Numbered from the stretch's first letter, positions 30,641-41,739 are shown. The stretch: 64,000 bases of DNA from Candidatus Latescibacterota bacterium (GCA_965198115.1 OZ240241.1:4576001-4640000), one strand, 5' to 3'. The notes: generated by a model not told the origin, from the letters alone. Program-made: numbers and translations.

Positions 30641-32014
30641 GAGCTATAATCAAAAGGTGTGGAAAAAGAGAAAGGGCGACCCTACCCTTCCCGTGAGATA
30701 GTTGATTCACACAAAACCGGGTGAGAGGCCCGGTTGGGAAGGAGGATCGCCATGAAGGAACATACGCATAGAGCCCCATTGAAGTCCATGCCGACGTGGG
30801 AGACGGTTGACGATTGGATCCGTGAAGAGATCCAGGGCCGGTTCCAGTCCATTCTGGAGGAGGAGGCGACCGCGTTCTTGGGCCGGTCGTGGTATGAGCG
30901 CCGAGCCGAGGTCGATAGCTCCAGGGGCTACAGGAACGGCTACGGCAAGCCCCGGCGTCTCTCGACGAGCTGCGGAACGATCAAGGTCCGGCGTCCCCGG
31001 GTTCGTGGTCTGGAAGAGCGGTTTGAAAGCCGCATCCTCCCCCTGTTCGCCCGGAGAACCAGGGCCATTGGAGATCTGCTTCCCGACCTTTATCTCCACG
31101 GTCTCTCCCAGGGCGACTTCGAGTTGTCTTTGCGTGCGCTGCTCGGTGATGGCGCGCCGCTTTCGCCGACCTCGATCGCTCGTCTTCGAGGGAAGTGGGA
31201 GGTCGACTTCCAGGACTGGAAAGAAAGGCGTCTGGATAATCGCGAACTGGTCTACGCCTGGGCTGATGGCATCTACGTCAAAGCCGGGCTCGAGCGCGAG
31301 AAGGCGTGTCTGCTGGTCGTGATCGGCGCGATGAGCGACGGCAGCAAGGAGATCCTGGCGATAGAACCCGGTTATCGAGAGTCTACAGAATCCTGGCTCA
31401 CGGTGCTCCGGGATCTCCGGGATCGCGGGCTCGAACATCCTGTCCTGATCGCCGCGGACGGGAATATGGGCATCTGGGCGGCCGTTGATCAGGTCTGGCC
31501 AGAGAGCCGGCAACAACGGTGCTGGAACCACAAGATCCTCAACGTGCTCGACAAGGTCGCCAAGCGTGCACAGGCTGAAGCCCGCGCACTGCTCGTCCAG
31601 ATCCCCTATGCCGGCACGAAAAAGGAGGCCGAGAAGCTCCGGAAACGCTTTGCCGCACGGTATCGCTCACAGTTCCCTGCCGCCGTGGAGACGCTCGAAA
31701 GAGACTGGGATCGGATGGTCACGTTCTACGACTTCCCGAAGGAACACTGGAAACACCTGAGAACCACGAACGTCGTCGAGAGCCCCTTTGCTTCCGTTCG
31801 GCTTCGCACAAACGCCGCCAGGCGATTCAAGAAAGTCAGGAACGCCACGACTCTCATCTGGCGTACGCTCAAGGTCGCAGAGAGCCGATTCAGGAAACTC
31901 ACCGCGCCACACTTGCTACAACAAGTCTACGATCAGAAACACTCAACCGAACCGCAGGTCGAAGCCGGGAAGATGGCCGCCTGATTTCTTTTACACACCT
32001 ATTGACCTGAGCTC
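30641..32014 (+). mobile_element. IS256 family element, copy B (1374 bp, complete)
   Basis: IRL GAGCTATAATCAAAAGGTGTG, IRR ...CACACCTATTGACCTGAGCTC, 8-bp TSD CAGTCTTG. Confidence 0.95.
30752..31984 (+). CDS. IS256 family transposase
   Basis: YRNGY, WADG, ADG, QRCWNH, RTTNVVES; ATG after GGAGGA. Confidence 0.95.
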   Translation: MKEHTHRAPLKSMPTWETVDDWIREEIQGRFQSILEEEATAFLGRSWYERRAEVDSSRGYRNGYGKPRRLSTSCGTIKVRRPRVRGLEERFESRILPLFARRTRAIGDLLPDLYLHGLSQGDFELSLRALLGDGAPLSPTSIARLRGKWEVDFQDWKERRLDNRELVYAWADGIYVKAGLEREKACLLVVIGAMSDGSKEILAIEPGYRESTESWLTVLRDLRDRGLEHPVLIAADGNMGIWAAVDQVWPESRQQRCWNHKILNVLDKVAKRAQAEARALLVQIPYAGTKKEAEKLRKRFAARYRSQFPAAVETLERDWDRMVTFYDFPKEHWKHLRTTNVVESPFASVRLRTNAARRFKKVRNATTLIWRTLKVAESRFRKLTAPHLLQQVYDQKHSTEPQVEAGKMAA

Positions 32015-32309
32015 CAGTCTTGCCGGGATGAGCGTGAAGGATATTCAGCTCGTACTCAGATCAGTCGAGCAGGAGGATCTCGCACTTGCGCTGCGCGCAG
32101 CCGGGGAGGATACGAAAGAGGCCGTGTTTTCCGCGATGTCCGAGCGAGCGGTTTCCGCACTCAAGGAGGACATGGAATTCCAGGGGCCCACCCGAATGAG
32201 CGAGGCGGAGGAAGCCCAGATCCGGATCAGCCAGGTCATTCGCGAGCTGGAGGCGAACGGCTAGGTGACGGTCGCGAGAGGCCCTGCTGGTGATTACATC
32301 TGAAAGCGA

Positions 32310-32342
32310 AAAGGCCTTGCACCTGTCTGGATGCAAGGCCTT
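32310..32342. terminator. Hairpin between convergent fliG and motA-like genes
   Basis: AAGGCCTTGCA...TGCAAGGCCTT. Confidence 0.6.
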
Positions 32343-32364
32343 CGGTTCCGTCGGCGACCACCTG

Positions 32365-32805
32365 TCATGCGACCCTGTTTTCCACGGACCGTCTCAAGGG
32401 TTCTGTGATCGCGTATTTAATGAAGAGACCATAGTACAGAGTGATGGCAGCCGTCGCCAAGCCCGGGAGGAGGGAATCGTAATCATCGAGATTATTCCCG
32501 ATGTTGATCAGGCCGATGATCGTGCCGATCACACCGGCGCTGACAAACGAACTGCCGAGACCACGTAGCGCGCGCGCCGCTTCATCCGCTGTCGCCGAAT
32601 CCAGATTGTGTCCCCCGAAACCTTTCCCGATAGAACCCCAAATTGTACCGATCGAATAGCTGATCATGGCCAGGAGCAGACCTCCGGCCACCGTAATCAG
32701 GAAAGAAGGTGTGTCGATGAACGCGTGCAGCTGTCCGCCACTCAGCATGCCCATCAACATCAGAACACAGAACAAGAGAAGCGCAACAATCGATCGAACA
32801 CACAC
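32365..32805 (-). CDS. Short MotA/TolQ/ExbB family proton-channel protein
   Basis: FIDTPSFLITVAGG (MotA TM2-like); AGVIGTIIGLI...GLATAAITLYYG (TM3-4-like); only ~146 aa. Confidence 0.75.
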   Translation of the reverse strand: MCVRSIVALLLFCVLMLMGMLSGGQLHAFIDTPSFLITVAGGLLLAMISYSIGTIWGSIGKGFGGHNLDSATADEAARALRGLGSSFVSAGVIGTIIGLINIGNNLDDYDSLLPGLATAAITLYYGLFIKYAITEPLRRSVENRVA

Positions 32806-32974
32806 GAGATACCTCCTGTCGTTCGGTGCAGCAGGCCTGAGCTCCTGGTTGAAGCCGCTAGCCGACCACGACTGTCACATCGCCTCAGGATAGCACCAAC
32901 CGCCTCGCCCGGCAACCTCGAGCGGTTCAATTCCGTTTGCCACGTAACCTCCATGACGCAACATCTTACCGACC

Positions 32975-33772
32975 ATGAGAACACTCTCCAAAACCGAGAT
33001 CCGATTCTTCAAGACTAACGGCTATCTCGTCCTCCGCGACGTCCTGGACAAGGCGTTGTGCACAGAAGCGTGTGACCGGCTGTGGGATGATCCTCCGCCA
33101 ACGCTCAAAAAGGACGATCCCGATACGTGGGTAGGGCCGATCAAGGAAGAGGAAGAGTCGCCCGACGGTTCGAACCTCAAGCGCAATTTTCGCTGGCAGT
33201 ATCGCAAGATCGGGGACGAACCGTTCATGGTCGAGCTGCTCCCGGGTGCGATGAACGAAATCGCGCACCAGCTCCTCGGCCGCGATCGATTCCGCCTCAT
33301 CGAACGCGTGCGAGGCATCTACTGCATCCTTCCCTACGGTCCCGAGGTCGAACGAAAACCTCTTGGCACCCACGTCGACGGGCACCCCTTCAGTTTCGGT
33401 TGCGTGGCTTACATCGACGACGTCCCTCCCGACGGCGGCGGCTTCACCGTCTGGCCCCGCAGCCACCGCACCTTCTGGCGCGACTTTCACTCCCGCTACC
33501 GCGCCGAGTACGGTCCCCGCTACAAGGAACACGCCGAAATCATCGGTGCCGACCACATCTACGACCAAACCTACGGCAAGGCCGGCGACGTCGTCCTCTG
33601 GCACCATCGCATCGGCCACGCGGCATCCCACAACCACAGCCGCCAGATCCGAAAAGCGGTCTTGTGCGATTACACACTCAAAGACGTCGACGTACTTGAG
33701 GAGGAGCCGCCGGGGGAGGATATGTGGGTCGATTGGAGCGAGGAAGTTAGGGAGGTCGGAGATTGGGAGTAG
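32975..33772 (+). CDS. Phytanoyl-CoA dioxygenase (PhyH) family protein
   Basis: FFKTNGYLV, HVD, GGGFTVWPRSH, GKAGDVVLWH..IGH. Confidence 0.85.
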   Translation: MRTLSKTEIRFFKTNGYLVLRDVLDKALCTEACDRLWDDPPPTLKKDDPDTWVGPIKEEEESPDGSNLKRNFRWQYRKIGDEPFMVELLPGAMNEIAHQLLGRDRFRLIERVRGIYCILPYGPEVERKPLGTHVDGHPFSFGCVAYIDDVPPDGGGFTVWPRSHRTFWRDFHSRYRAEYGPRYKEHAEIIGADHIYDQTYGKAGDVVLWHHRIGHAASHNHSRQIRKAVLCDYTLKDVDVLEEEPPGEDMWVDWSEEVREVGDWE

Positions 33773-34004
33773 CGTAGCCCGATTTGGATTCAAAATTGCT
33801 AATTCGCAATTACTAATTTTTAATCTTGTCCTTACCCAATCGTGAGGACTGCAAATCTCAGTAGTTGCTCACCCCAACCAAAGTTGCTAATTCGCAATTA
33901 CCATTTTGAATCTTGTCAATCGTGAGGATGCCGTTGAAACAGATTTTCCAAGAATCCGACATAGCTGATCACATTCATCAAGTAGAGATACATCGAGAGA
34001 CACC

Positions 34005-35378
34005 GAGCTATAATCAAAAGGTGTGGAAAAAGAGAAAGGGCGACCCTACCCTTCCCGTGAGATAGTTGATTCACACAAAACCGGGTGAGAGGCCCGGTTG
34101 GGAAGGAGGATCGCCGTGAAGGAACATACGCATAGAGCCCCATTGAAGTCCATGCCGACGTGGGAGACGGTTGACGATTGGATCCGTGAAGAGATCCAGG
34201 GCCGGTTCCAGTCCATTCTGGAGGAGGAGGCGACCGCGTTCTTGGGCCGGTCGTGGTATGAGCGCCGAGCCGAGGTCGATAGCTCCAGGGGCTACAGGAA
34301 CGGCTACGGCAAGCCCCGGCGTCTCTCGACGAGCTGCGGAACGATCAAGGTCCGGCGTCCCCGGGTTCGTGGTCTGGAAGAGCGGTTTGAAAGCCGCATC
34401 CTCCCCCTGTTCGCCCGGAGAACCAGGGCCATTGGAGATCTGCTTCCCGACCTTTATCTCCACGGTCTCTCCCAGGGCGACTTCGAGTTGTCTTTGCGTG
34501 CGCTGCTCGGTGATGGCGCGCCGCTTTCGCCGACCTCGATCGCTCGTCTTCGAGGGAAGTGGGAGGTCGACTTCCAGGACTGGAAAGAAAGGCGTCTGGA
34601 TAATCGCGAACTGGTCTACGCCTGGGCTGATGGCATCTACGTCAAAGCCGGGCTCGAGCGCGAGAAGGCGTGTCTGCTGGTCGTGATCGGCGCGATGAGC
34701 GACGGCAGCAAGGAGATCCTGGCGATAGAACCCGGTTATCGAGAGTCTACAGAATCCTGGCTCACGGTGCTCCGGGATCTCCGGGATCGCGGGCTCGAAC
34801 ATCCTGTCCTGATCGCCGCGGACGGGAATATGGGCATCTGGGCGGCCGTTGATCAGGTCTGGCCAGAGAGCCGGCAACAACGGTGCTGGAACCACAAGAT
34901 CCTCAACGTGCTCGACAAGGTCGCCAAGCGTGCACAGGCTGAAGCCCGCGCACTGCTCGTCCAGATCCCCTATGCCGGCACGAAAAAGGAGGCCGAGAAG
35001 CTCCGGAAACGCTTTGCCGCACGGTATCGCTCACAGTTCCCTGCCGCCGTGGAGACGCTCGAAAGAGACTGGGATCGGATGGTCACGTTCTACGACTTCC
35101 CGAAGGAACACTGGAAACACCTGAGAACCACGAACGTCGTCGAGAGCCCCTTTGCTTCCGTTCGGCTTCGCACAAACGCCGCCAGGCGATTCAAGAAAGT
35201 CAGGAACGCCACGGCTCTCATCTGGCGTACGCTCAAGGTCGCAGAGAGCCGATTCAGGAAACTCACCGCGCCACACTTGCTACAACAAGTCTACGATCAG
35301 AAACACTCAACCGGACCGCAGGTCGAAGCCGGGAAGATGGCCGCCTGATTTCTTTTACACACCTATTGACCTGAGCTC
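34005..35378 (+). mobile_element. IS256 family element, copy C (1374 bp, complete)
   Basis: Same IRs as copy B; 8-bp TSD GAGACACC. Confidence 0.95.
34116..35348 (+). CDS. IS256 family transposase
   Basis: Near-identical to 30752-31984; GTG start. Confidence 0.93.
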   Translation: MKEHTHRAPLKSMPTWETVDDWIREEIQGRFQSILEEEATAFLGRSWYERRAEVDSSRGYRNGYGKPRRLSTSCGTIKVRRPRVRGLEERFESRILPLFARRTRAIGDLLPDLYLHGLSQGDFELSLRALLGDGAPLSPTSIARLRGKWEVDFQDWKERRLDNRELVYAWADGIYVKAGLEREKACLLVVIGAMSDGSKEILAIEPGYRESTESWLTVLRDLRDRGLEHPVLIAADGNMGIWAAVDQVWPESRQQRCWNHKILNVLDKVAKRAQAEARALLVQIPYAGTKKEAEKLRKRFAARYRSQFPAAVETLERDWDRMVTFYDFPKEHWKHLRTTNVVESPFASVRLRTNAARRFKKVRNATALIWRTLKVAESRFRKLTAPHLLQQVYDQKHSTGPQVEAGKMAA

Positions 35379-35744
35379 GAGACACCAGCTTCGCTTCGTC
35401 GATCAGCGACAGCCAGGCTCCTGACTCTCGGAGTTCTTTAAGGCAGATGCTCAGTTTATGAATGAAGTCTTTCCGGCTTTCGGCGGCTCTCGCCTCCTCG
35501 TAATTCGCCAGTGGTGACGTTCCACATCGGACGAGTTGGCCTGCGATCTGCCGCCCGAAACGAGAGTCGGTAAGATCATCGATCAGGGTACCTATTCTGG
35601 CCGCAGACTTCAGTAACCGCTCTGATAGTTCCTCTGGTGTCATACAGTCTCCTATTTATTGAGGTTCCACTGTTGCGGCTACCACGGGCAAAACCCTTGC
35701 CAGCAATTTCCTAATACGGTGATTCCCTAATTTCATAATCCTCA

Positions 35745-36929
35745 ATGTCCCTCGCTTCTCCCGAACCTTCCCCAGCCCAACTCCCAGCTACATCACCCCC
35801 AGTCACCACCAGAGCCCTGATCCTGGGCACCCTCTGTGTCATCTTCATGGCGTGGGGCGGGCACTGGACGCGCCACATCGGCCATACCACGAAGATGGCG
35901 CAGGACCACCTGCCGTGGGGCGTGGTCGTTCCCTTCTTCATCATTGCGGCGATCCTCAACAAAGTCATTCACAAGGTGCGACCGCAGTCGGTGCTCACGT
36001 CGACGGAGTTGCTCGTCATCTTCGGCATGGCCAACATCGGCTCGGCGTTGCCCAGCTATTTCATGGCGCACCTCATCTCCAACATTGCCGCGCCGTATTA
36101 CTATCCCACGCCCGAAAACGGCTGGGCTATCGATCTCCTCCCGAACATGGTCAAGTGGGCAGTCGTCACGGACCGACAGGCCGTGCGCTGGTTTTTCGAA
36201 GGCCTGCCGCTTGGTGCTTCGATTCCGTGGGGCGCGTGGGCGGTGCCTCTATTCTGGCGAATGTCCCTCGTGGCGAGCGTCGCCTGCTTCTGTTACTGCA
36301 CCGTCGCCATCCTCAGAAAACAGTGGGTCGAACACGAGCGGCTCGCCTTTCCGCTCATGGCCTTGCCCCTTCACACAACTCGACCGAAGGAGTCGGAGGA
36401 AGAAGGCTTTTGGACGATCGGATTCCTGAACCGCCCGCTCTTCTGGGTCGGCGCAGCGATCGGATCGTTCGCGATCCTGTGGAACATCATCGGCGGCTAC
36501 TTCGTTCCGCTGTTCCCGGAGATCCCGCGTGATGCGGGCGTCATCCAATTCGGCACGCACTTTCCTCCCGTTCAGACGCGGATCTATCCGCTCCTCATCG
36601 GCTCGGTCTACTTCATCGACCTCGACGTGTCGCTGACCATCTGGGTCTTCCGGCTCCTGATCACACTCGAGATGGGGTTCCTCAACCGACTCGGTGTCGA
36701 CCTCGGACCGACACACGGGGCTGGGAACACCTTGTTTGAAAACTGGAACGACCTGGGTGCCCTGTTCCTAATCATTCCCTGGAGCCTGTGGATGGCTCGT
36801 GAACATTTGGGGGCCGTCTTCAGAAAAGCGATCCACGGCGACACGCGCGTCGACGACAGCCGGGAACTGCTGCCTTACAGAGGTGCCTTCTTCGGCTGGG
36901 TCGGCAGCGCCCTGTTCATCATTGCGTGG
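35745..36929 (+). pseudogene. Multi-TM membrane protein (DUF6785-like), truncated by MITE copy 2
   Basis: TELLVIF, IPWGAWAVPL, ILRKQWVEHERLAFPL; ORF runs into the element and the C-terminal part was not found downstream. Confidence 0.75.
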
Positions 36930-37746
36930 TGTGACGCCTTGCGATAATTCTCCGCCCAGCTTAAGCTATTCGCAGAATAGGCAGAATCGTTTCAATACGG
37001 TTAACAGTGGAGACCGTTCCCTAATTGAGTTGAGGGTCGCCTAAGATCTGGCGGCCATGCGACATAGTGCCATAGGAGTACTTACAAGGCGCAACTGCCA
37101 AAAGCGGTTGTCGGACCTACGCCTGATGTCCCTTTCGCGAACGCGTTTGGCACATTCCGGGGGATCGGGACGCGAAACGCTCTCGACCTCCGACGGGTCC
37201 ACGATTGGCAACACCGCCAGGGAGACGGCCGATTTTCTACCCCGCTTCGCCATTTTCAGGCCATTCCGTCGAACCCAAGTTGTCGACTAGCCCAAGTTCT
37301 TGATTTTGAACGCGTTTAAGCGAAAAAGGCACCGAAAAACCCCCTCCTCGTCGACAACGGCCGCCGGAACGCGACCGGACTTGAAATTAGGACGGATTAG
37401 CAAAAGAAACGGTCCACTACAGGTGTCCAAAAGAGAGCTGACCGTTTCCACCCCCCCTACCCCCCTGGTGCGGGCCTCGGGCCAGCGACGCGCCCAGGGC
37501 CAACACCGCGCAACCCCCCTATGCCCACTGGGACCTGGCCTGGCCACGTCTTGAGCCCAATCGGTCGAAACGCGCTATTTTCGCGGTTCGAGAGCCTATT
37601 TCTCGCGCGTGTGGGAAAATGAAAAGGGCGCGGTCTACATCGGAACGCCCAGAGAGTTCATCCTCCCTTATCTCCGGTCGTCAGTTCTTGGTGCGTGAGA
37701 ATGCGAATAGCGTAATCTGGGCGGGAATCTATCGTAAGCCGTAACA
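36930..37746. mobile_element. Non-autonomous MITE-like element, copy 2 (817 bp), with cos-like cargo
   Basis: Same TGTGACG...CGTAACA ends and near-identical arms as 5736-6500; diverged centre; only GTGG (4 bp) is repeated at the flanks. Confidence 0.9.
37041..37253 (-). pseudogene. 5' fragment resembling a phage terminase small subunit
   Basis: MAKRGRKSAVSLAVLPIVDPSEVESVSRPDPPE; the tail differs from copy 1 because of a small indel. Confidence 0.55.
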
Positions 37747-37748
37747 GT

Positions 37749-38915
37749 GGTCAAGTCCAATCCTGAGATGCTCTCTTGGATGTCGAGTGCTCCAGGCGGT
37801 CAAGTCCCACACTCAGTTGAAAATTCATCGGGCTCCATAGATTGCTCATGCTCTCTGCCGAGCATGCTGATTGTTGTCGAGATTCAGATCGTTTTTCAAT
37901 GCTTGTCTGAGTAGCGGGAGGTGTTTGTATCCGCTCACGCGTCTCAGGCGGGGGTTCGATGTCGAGGAGTGCGGCCGCGACCCATCTGTGTCTTTGGGGG
38001 GAGTTGTTCCAGCGTTTGACTTTCCGCGTCAGGTCGCCGGTCATGCTGTTGAGCGCCTCGATGCAGTTGGTGGTTCGGAAGCTTCGCTTCAAGAACGGGA
38101 GCATACCCAATCGATGGAGGGTCAGCGTTTCAGCTTCAGTTCGAACTTGAGCGCTTCGAGCGCGGCTTTTGCCTCCTCATATGTGTGGCAGTCGTAGGCT
38201 TTTTGAAGCTTCCGTCGGACTCTGGGACGTTCTCTCTCCGGGAGATAGTTGACGACGACGTTCTCGCGCTTGTGCCACTGACAGCGATGCACGCGAACAT
38301 ATCCCTTCAGGGCTTTCGTGACGGCACTGCGGAGTCCCTTTGAGCCATCCAGCACAACGAGGAGGCCCTGGTCGTAGCACAGGCCTCTCCGGATGAGACC
38401 CTGGATCAGCTGCCGGCAGATCCGTTCGTTCTCTGTTGCTGATTCGACGAAGCCCAGAGGGATCTTCTGGCCGTCCATCGTGACGCCCAGAGCAATCACA
38501 ATCTCTTCGTCGGCAAAGCTCTTTCCGTCGATGAACAGGGCGACCAGATCGTAGTCGTCGATCGGTCGTTCCTGGAACAGCTTCAGCTTCTTGTGCGGTG
38601 GCTTTGATGAACCGTCGCGAGACGGAGGATGCCGAGATTCCGAACGCTTCGGGTACCGATTCTGCACAAGCTCTGTAGTTGCGGCAGGAGATTCCCTTGA
38701 GAACACGAAGCAACAGCTTCTCATCCATCGCTCTGGGCCTCTGCATTCCCCGGTATGCGGCCAGGGCAACCTCCGTATCGGACTCGACGTCCCGCACACG
38801 AGGGATATCTACCGGCAGCTTCTGGTCCAGCAGATACACGGACCCTTTCTGCCTTCCCCACCGTCGATACGCCTGGTCTGACCCCTTGCGAGCATACCGA
38901 ACGCCTGCGAACCTA
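37749..38915 (-). mobile_element. Degraded IS256 family element (second group), frameshifted; IR at 37798 and a second IR-like stub at 37749
   Basis: LFIDGK, VLDGSKGL, HRCQWHKRENV, FRTTNCIE spread over several frames; GGTCAAGTCC termini. Confidence 0.82.
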
Positions 38916-39419
38916 GAACGCCGGCGAACCTACCAGGGGCCGAGCGTCGTCGGGCGTGGCAATCGACGCGGATTGCAATCTTGTCTGAGGCTGGCCGGGA
39001 CCAGATGTGCCGGATCGGGGAATCCTACTCGCTGGGGCGCTGGACGCTCACGGCCGGGCAGTCTGGCCGACGCGGTCTTGAACGATCTGGCCTCGGGCGT
39101 GCTGCCCGGCGGATCGACGGTTCCACCAATTTAATTATATAATTTGTTGATAAATAAGCTTCTCGATCCCGACCCAGGGCCAGCACATTTTCTGTTTACA
39201 CAGGAAAGGCGTTCCCCTCATTTTTATCGCCATTCTTGAACGGAATGAACGGGACCAGGCAGTCCGCTTATTCATAGTCCTACTAGATTCCAAGATGTTT
39301 AATAATGTGTTTAACTGTCTGTTTGTAAATTACTTGTGGTATATTGGCATCCCTGTGAAGTCTTGTATATTCCAGGACTGAAAGGGTGATCAGTGGTGTG
39401 ATCATAAGAGGGTGACCAA

Positions 39420-40350
39420 GTGGCTCGACACGGCAAGAAACTCACCGCCGCCTTCGTCCGCACCGTCCAGCAGCCGGGTATCTTTTGCGACGAGCATGGA
39501 CTGATTCTACGCGTCAAGCCCTCCGGATACAAGCAGTGGATCCAACGGCTCTTCATCCACGGCAAGCGCCGCGAACTGGGCCTGGGTCCGGTTCGGTTGG
39601 TGACGTTGTCTCAAGCCCGGGAGGCCGCCCTGGCCAACCGCAGACTGGCCCGAGCAGGCGGCGATCCCATGGCGTCCAGGCACCAGTCCGTACCGACGTT
39701 CGAGCAGGCCGCCGCCAAGGTGATCGCAATGCACCGACCGAACTGGAAGAGTGCCAAGCACGCCGCCCAGTGGACAGGGACCCTACGGGACTATGTATAC
39801 CCCAAGATTGGCCAGAAGCGGGTGGATTGGATCAGCTCGGCCGATGTCATGGCCGTCCTGCTGCCGATCTGGAACGAAAAGCACCAGACGGCCCGGCGGG
39901 TGCGGCAACGGATCGGGACGGTAATGAAGTGGGCGATCGCCCAAGGCTACCGGCTGGACAATCCGGCCGGCGTTGCCCAAACCTGGCGGCATCCAACGGC
40001 ACCACCGGGCGTTGCCCTATGAAGAGGTGGCCGAAGCGATCCGAACGGTACGGCAATCCGAGACGGCGGTTGCGGTCAAGCTCGGCTTCGAGTTTCTGGT
40101 TCTGACGGCGAGCCGGTCCGGGGAGGTGCGCGGGGCCCGCTGGGAGGAGATCGATCGAGAAGTCGGAGAGTGGAGGATTCCGGCGGAACGGATGAAGCAC
40201 AAGCGGGAGCACCGGGTGCCATTGTCATCCCGGGCGCAGGAGATTCTGGCCGAGGCGAAACAAATATGCGAGCCGCGCCGGTCAGAGTTTTGGCACTGGC
40301 AGGCACCATGCACAGCAGAGCCAGCAAAGCAAACAAAGCAATTCTCATAA
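39420..40350 (+). pseudogene. P4-like tyrosine integrase (arm-binding domain), frameshifted and 3'-truncated
   Basis: HGLILRVKPSG, RELGLG, TARRVRQRI..VMKWA; HHRALPY, LTASRSGEVRGARWEE, RMKHKREHRVPLS; no HxxR or Tyr motif. Confidence 0.85.
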
Positions 40351-40391
40351 TGGGAATCTTCTCAGAGAAACGCACTGAGTCACGGCGAGAC

Positions 40392-40630
40392 CTACTTGTC
40401 CTTCAGTTGCTCCCAGGTCTTCGGTCGCCATTCTCGCGCCAACCGCTGGGCTTCGGCGACTTGTGAAGCAGTCATAATCTCTGCCAGTTTGTCTCTCAAT
40501 AAACGGGAGTCGTCCATCGCCTCACCTGTAGGTCGTGAGGCTGCCAAGTTAACCAACTTGCTGGCTTGGATGTAGTCCGGGGCACGCTCTCTCGCTGATG
40601 TACATGACACCGAGGTTGAATTGGGAATCA
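40392..40630 (-). pseudogene. Sel1-repeat protein C-terminal fragment
   Basis: QFNLGVMY, DYIQA..NLAAS, MTASQVAEAQRLAREW. Confidence 0.7.
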
Positions 40631-41162
40631 GCGTTCCCTTGCTTGGCATCGACCGCAAGCGGTTGCCCAAGCGGGTCTATCAGGGAGCCGTGGGGAAGCA
40701 ACTCCGTTACTTTGCCCTGAAACTGCCCATCGCTGCCAATGCCAATTCCGCCACGTTCGCCTACGTTGATCCGGGCAAAGATACCGATGCTGAACTGCGC
40801 TCCTGGGGCGACTCGCATGAGTGGCTTTGGAGGGCTTTGAGGTTGAAGGGTATCGAGGTTCAGGTCGTCGTAATCGGAGCGGATCACAAAGCAATGCGGG
40901 CCGAGGGGGTGAGCAGAGCAGTCAGCGAGCAAATGGACCGTGCCGGAACGACCCTGCCGTGAAGGCGGAAATACATTCCATCGAGGAAGCGGTTTTGTCC
41001 TTAGACACGGACATCATAGCGAAGTACGGCGGGTTGCAGGGAGTCTCAGAGCGGTTGAGTTGTTTGAAGAACCTTCCCAAGACAAGCGGCTCAGTGGGAG
41101 CCACAATTGACGGCTACGCGACGTGGGTTTCTGACCGCGTGAGGGCGGAGGAAACAGTCTAG
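40621..41162 (+). pseudogene. Fragment of a hypothetical protein, probably mobile-element cargo
   Basis: Protein-like segments in two frames (LPKRVYQG..RYFALKLPIA..FAYVDPG), no clear start. Confidence 0.4.
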
Positions 41163-41735
41163 GAGCCTGTCGGGTTACACCCGGAAGCTCGTTGAGATTA
41201 AGTCCAGCTGAGTTTTTTCCTTGAGCCGAGTTCCTCTTCGGGATCAGGTAGCCAATGAGAGTCGATAGAGTTTCAGAAGGTTGTGTGTGAGACAGATCAG
41301 GTTCCATTCTCTGATGACTTTGTGGATTCGGCGGAATGAGAATCGGGTGAAGTTCCGAACGGATTTGATCTGTCCAAACACGGGTTCGATGATCTGTTTT
41401 CTTTTCCAGTAGGTGCAGCGACCTTTCTGTGTGAGAAGCTTTCTCGCCATTCTGTCTTTCGTCGTTGCGCCCTTGGGATCCGTCCCCTGGGGCAGGTCGC
41501 GATGGGCGTTCCATGTTTCTGTTTTGTCGTCGCCACATAGAGAGGTCGGCGCCATCTGATTGAACCTGATCGACCTGACTTTGGTTGAAGTATCCGGAGT
41601 CGGCAGTGAGGTGCTTGGGTGTCGTGCCGCCCATATTCGCTCTGATCTGGTTGACCATAGGTGTCATCTGGTTCTTGTCATTAGCTTTTTGGGTGACGTC
41701 GGCAGCAACGACAATCTGGGCCTTGTCATCCACAG
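41163..41735 (-). mobile_element. IS1182 family 3' fragment
   Basis: IVVAADVTQKAND, ADSGYF, RKQIIEPVFGQIK, EWNLICLTHNLLKL; terminus CCCGACAGGCTC next to CTAG. Confidence 0.8.
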
Positions 41736-41739
41736 CAGC

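Larger units (their letters stand above)
29926..32264 (+). pseudogene. fliG: Flagellar motor switch FliG-like protein, interrupted by IS256
   Basis: RQKIAVLMIALGEE, KEHPQTIAVILSQL, RMYTFD; after the IS: KDIQLVLRSVE..LALAL..MSERA..LKEDMEFQGPTRMSEAEEAQ. Confidence 0.88.
33887..35643 (-). pseudogene. Four helix bundle protein (23S rRNA IVP/TIGR02436-like), interrupted by IS256
   Basis: GQLVRCGTSPLANYEEARAAESRKDFIHKLSICLKELRES..WL; continues after the IS as LLDECDQLCRILGKSVSTA. Confidence 0.88.

Noticed and set aside
36926-37750. 4-bp GTGG target duplication for MITE copy 2
   Set aside because: Does not match the 7-bp TSD of copy 1, and its GG overlaps an IS256-like terminus, so it may be coincidental.
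39120-39190. tRNA 3'-end/att-like remnants (TTCCACCA; TCGATCCCGACCCAGGGCCAGCA) upstream of the integrase
   Set aside because: No cloverleaf and no partner att site found in the window.
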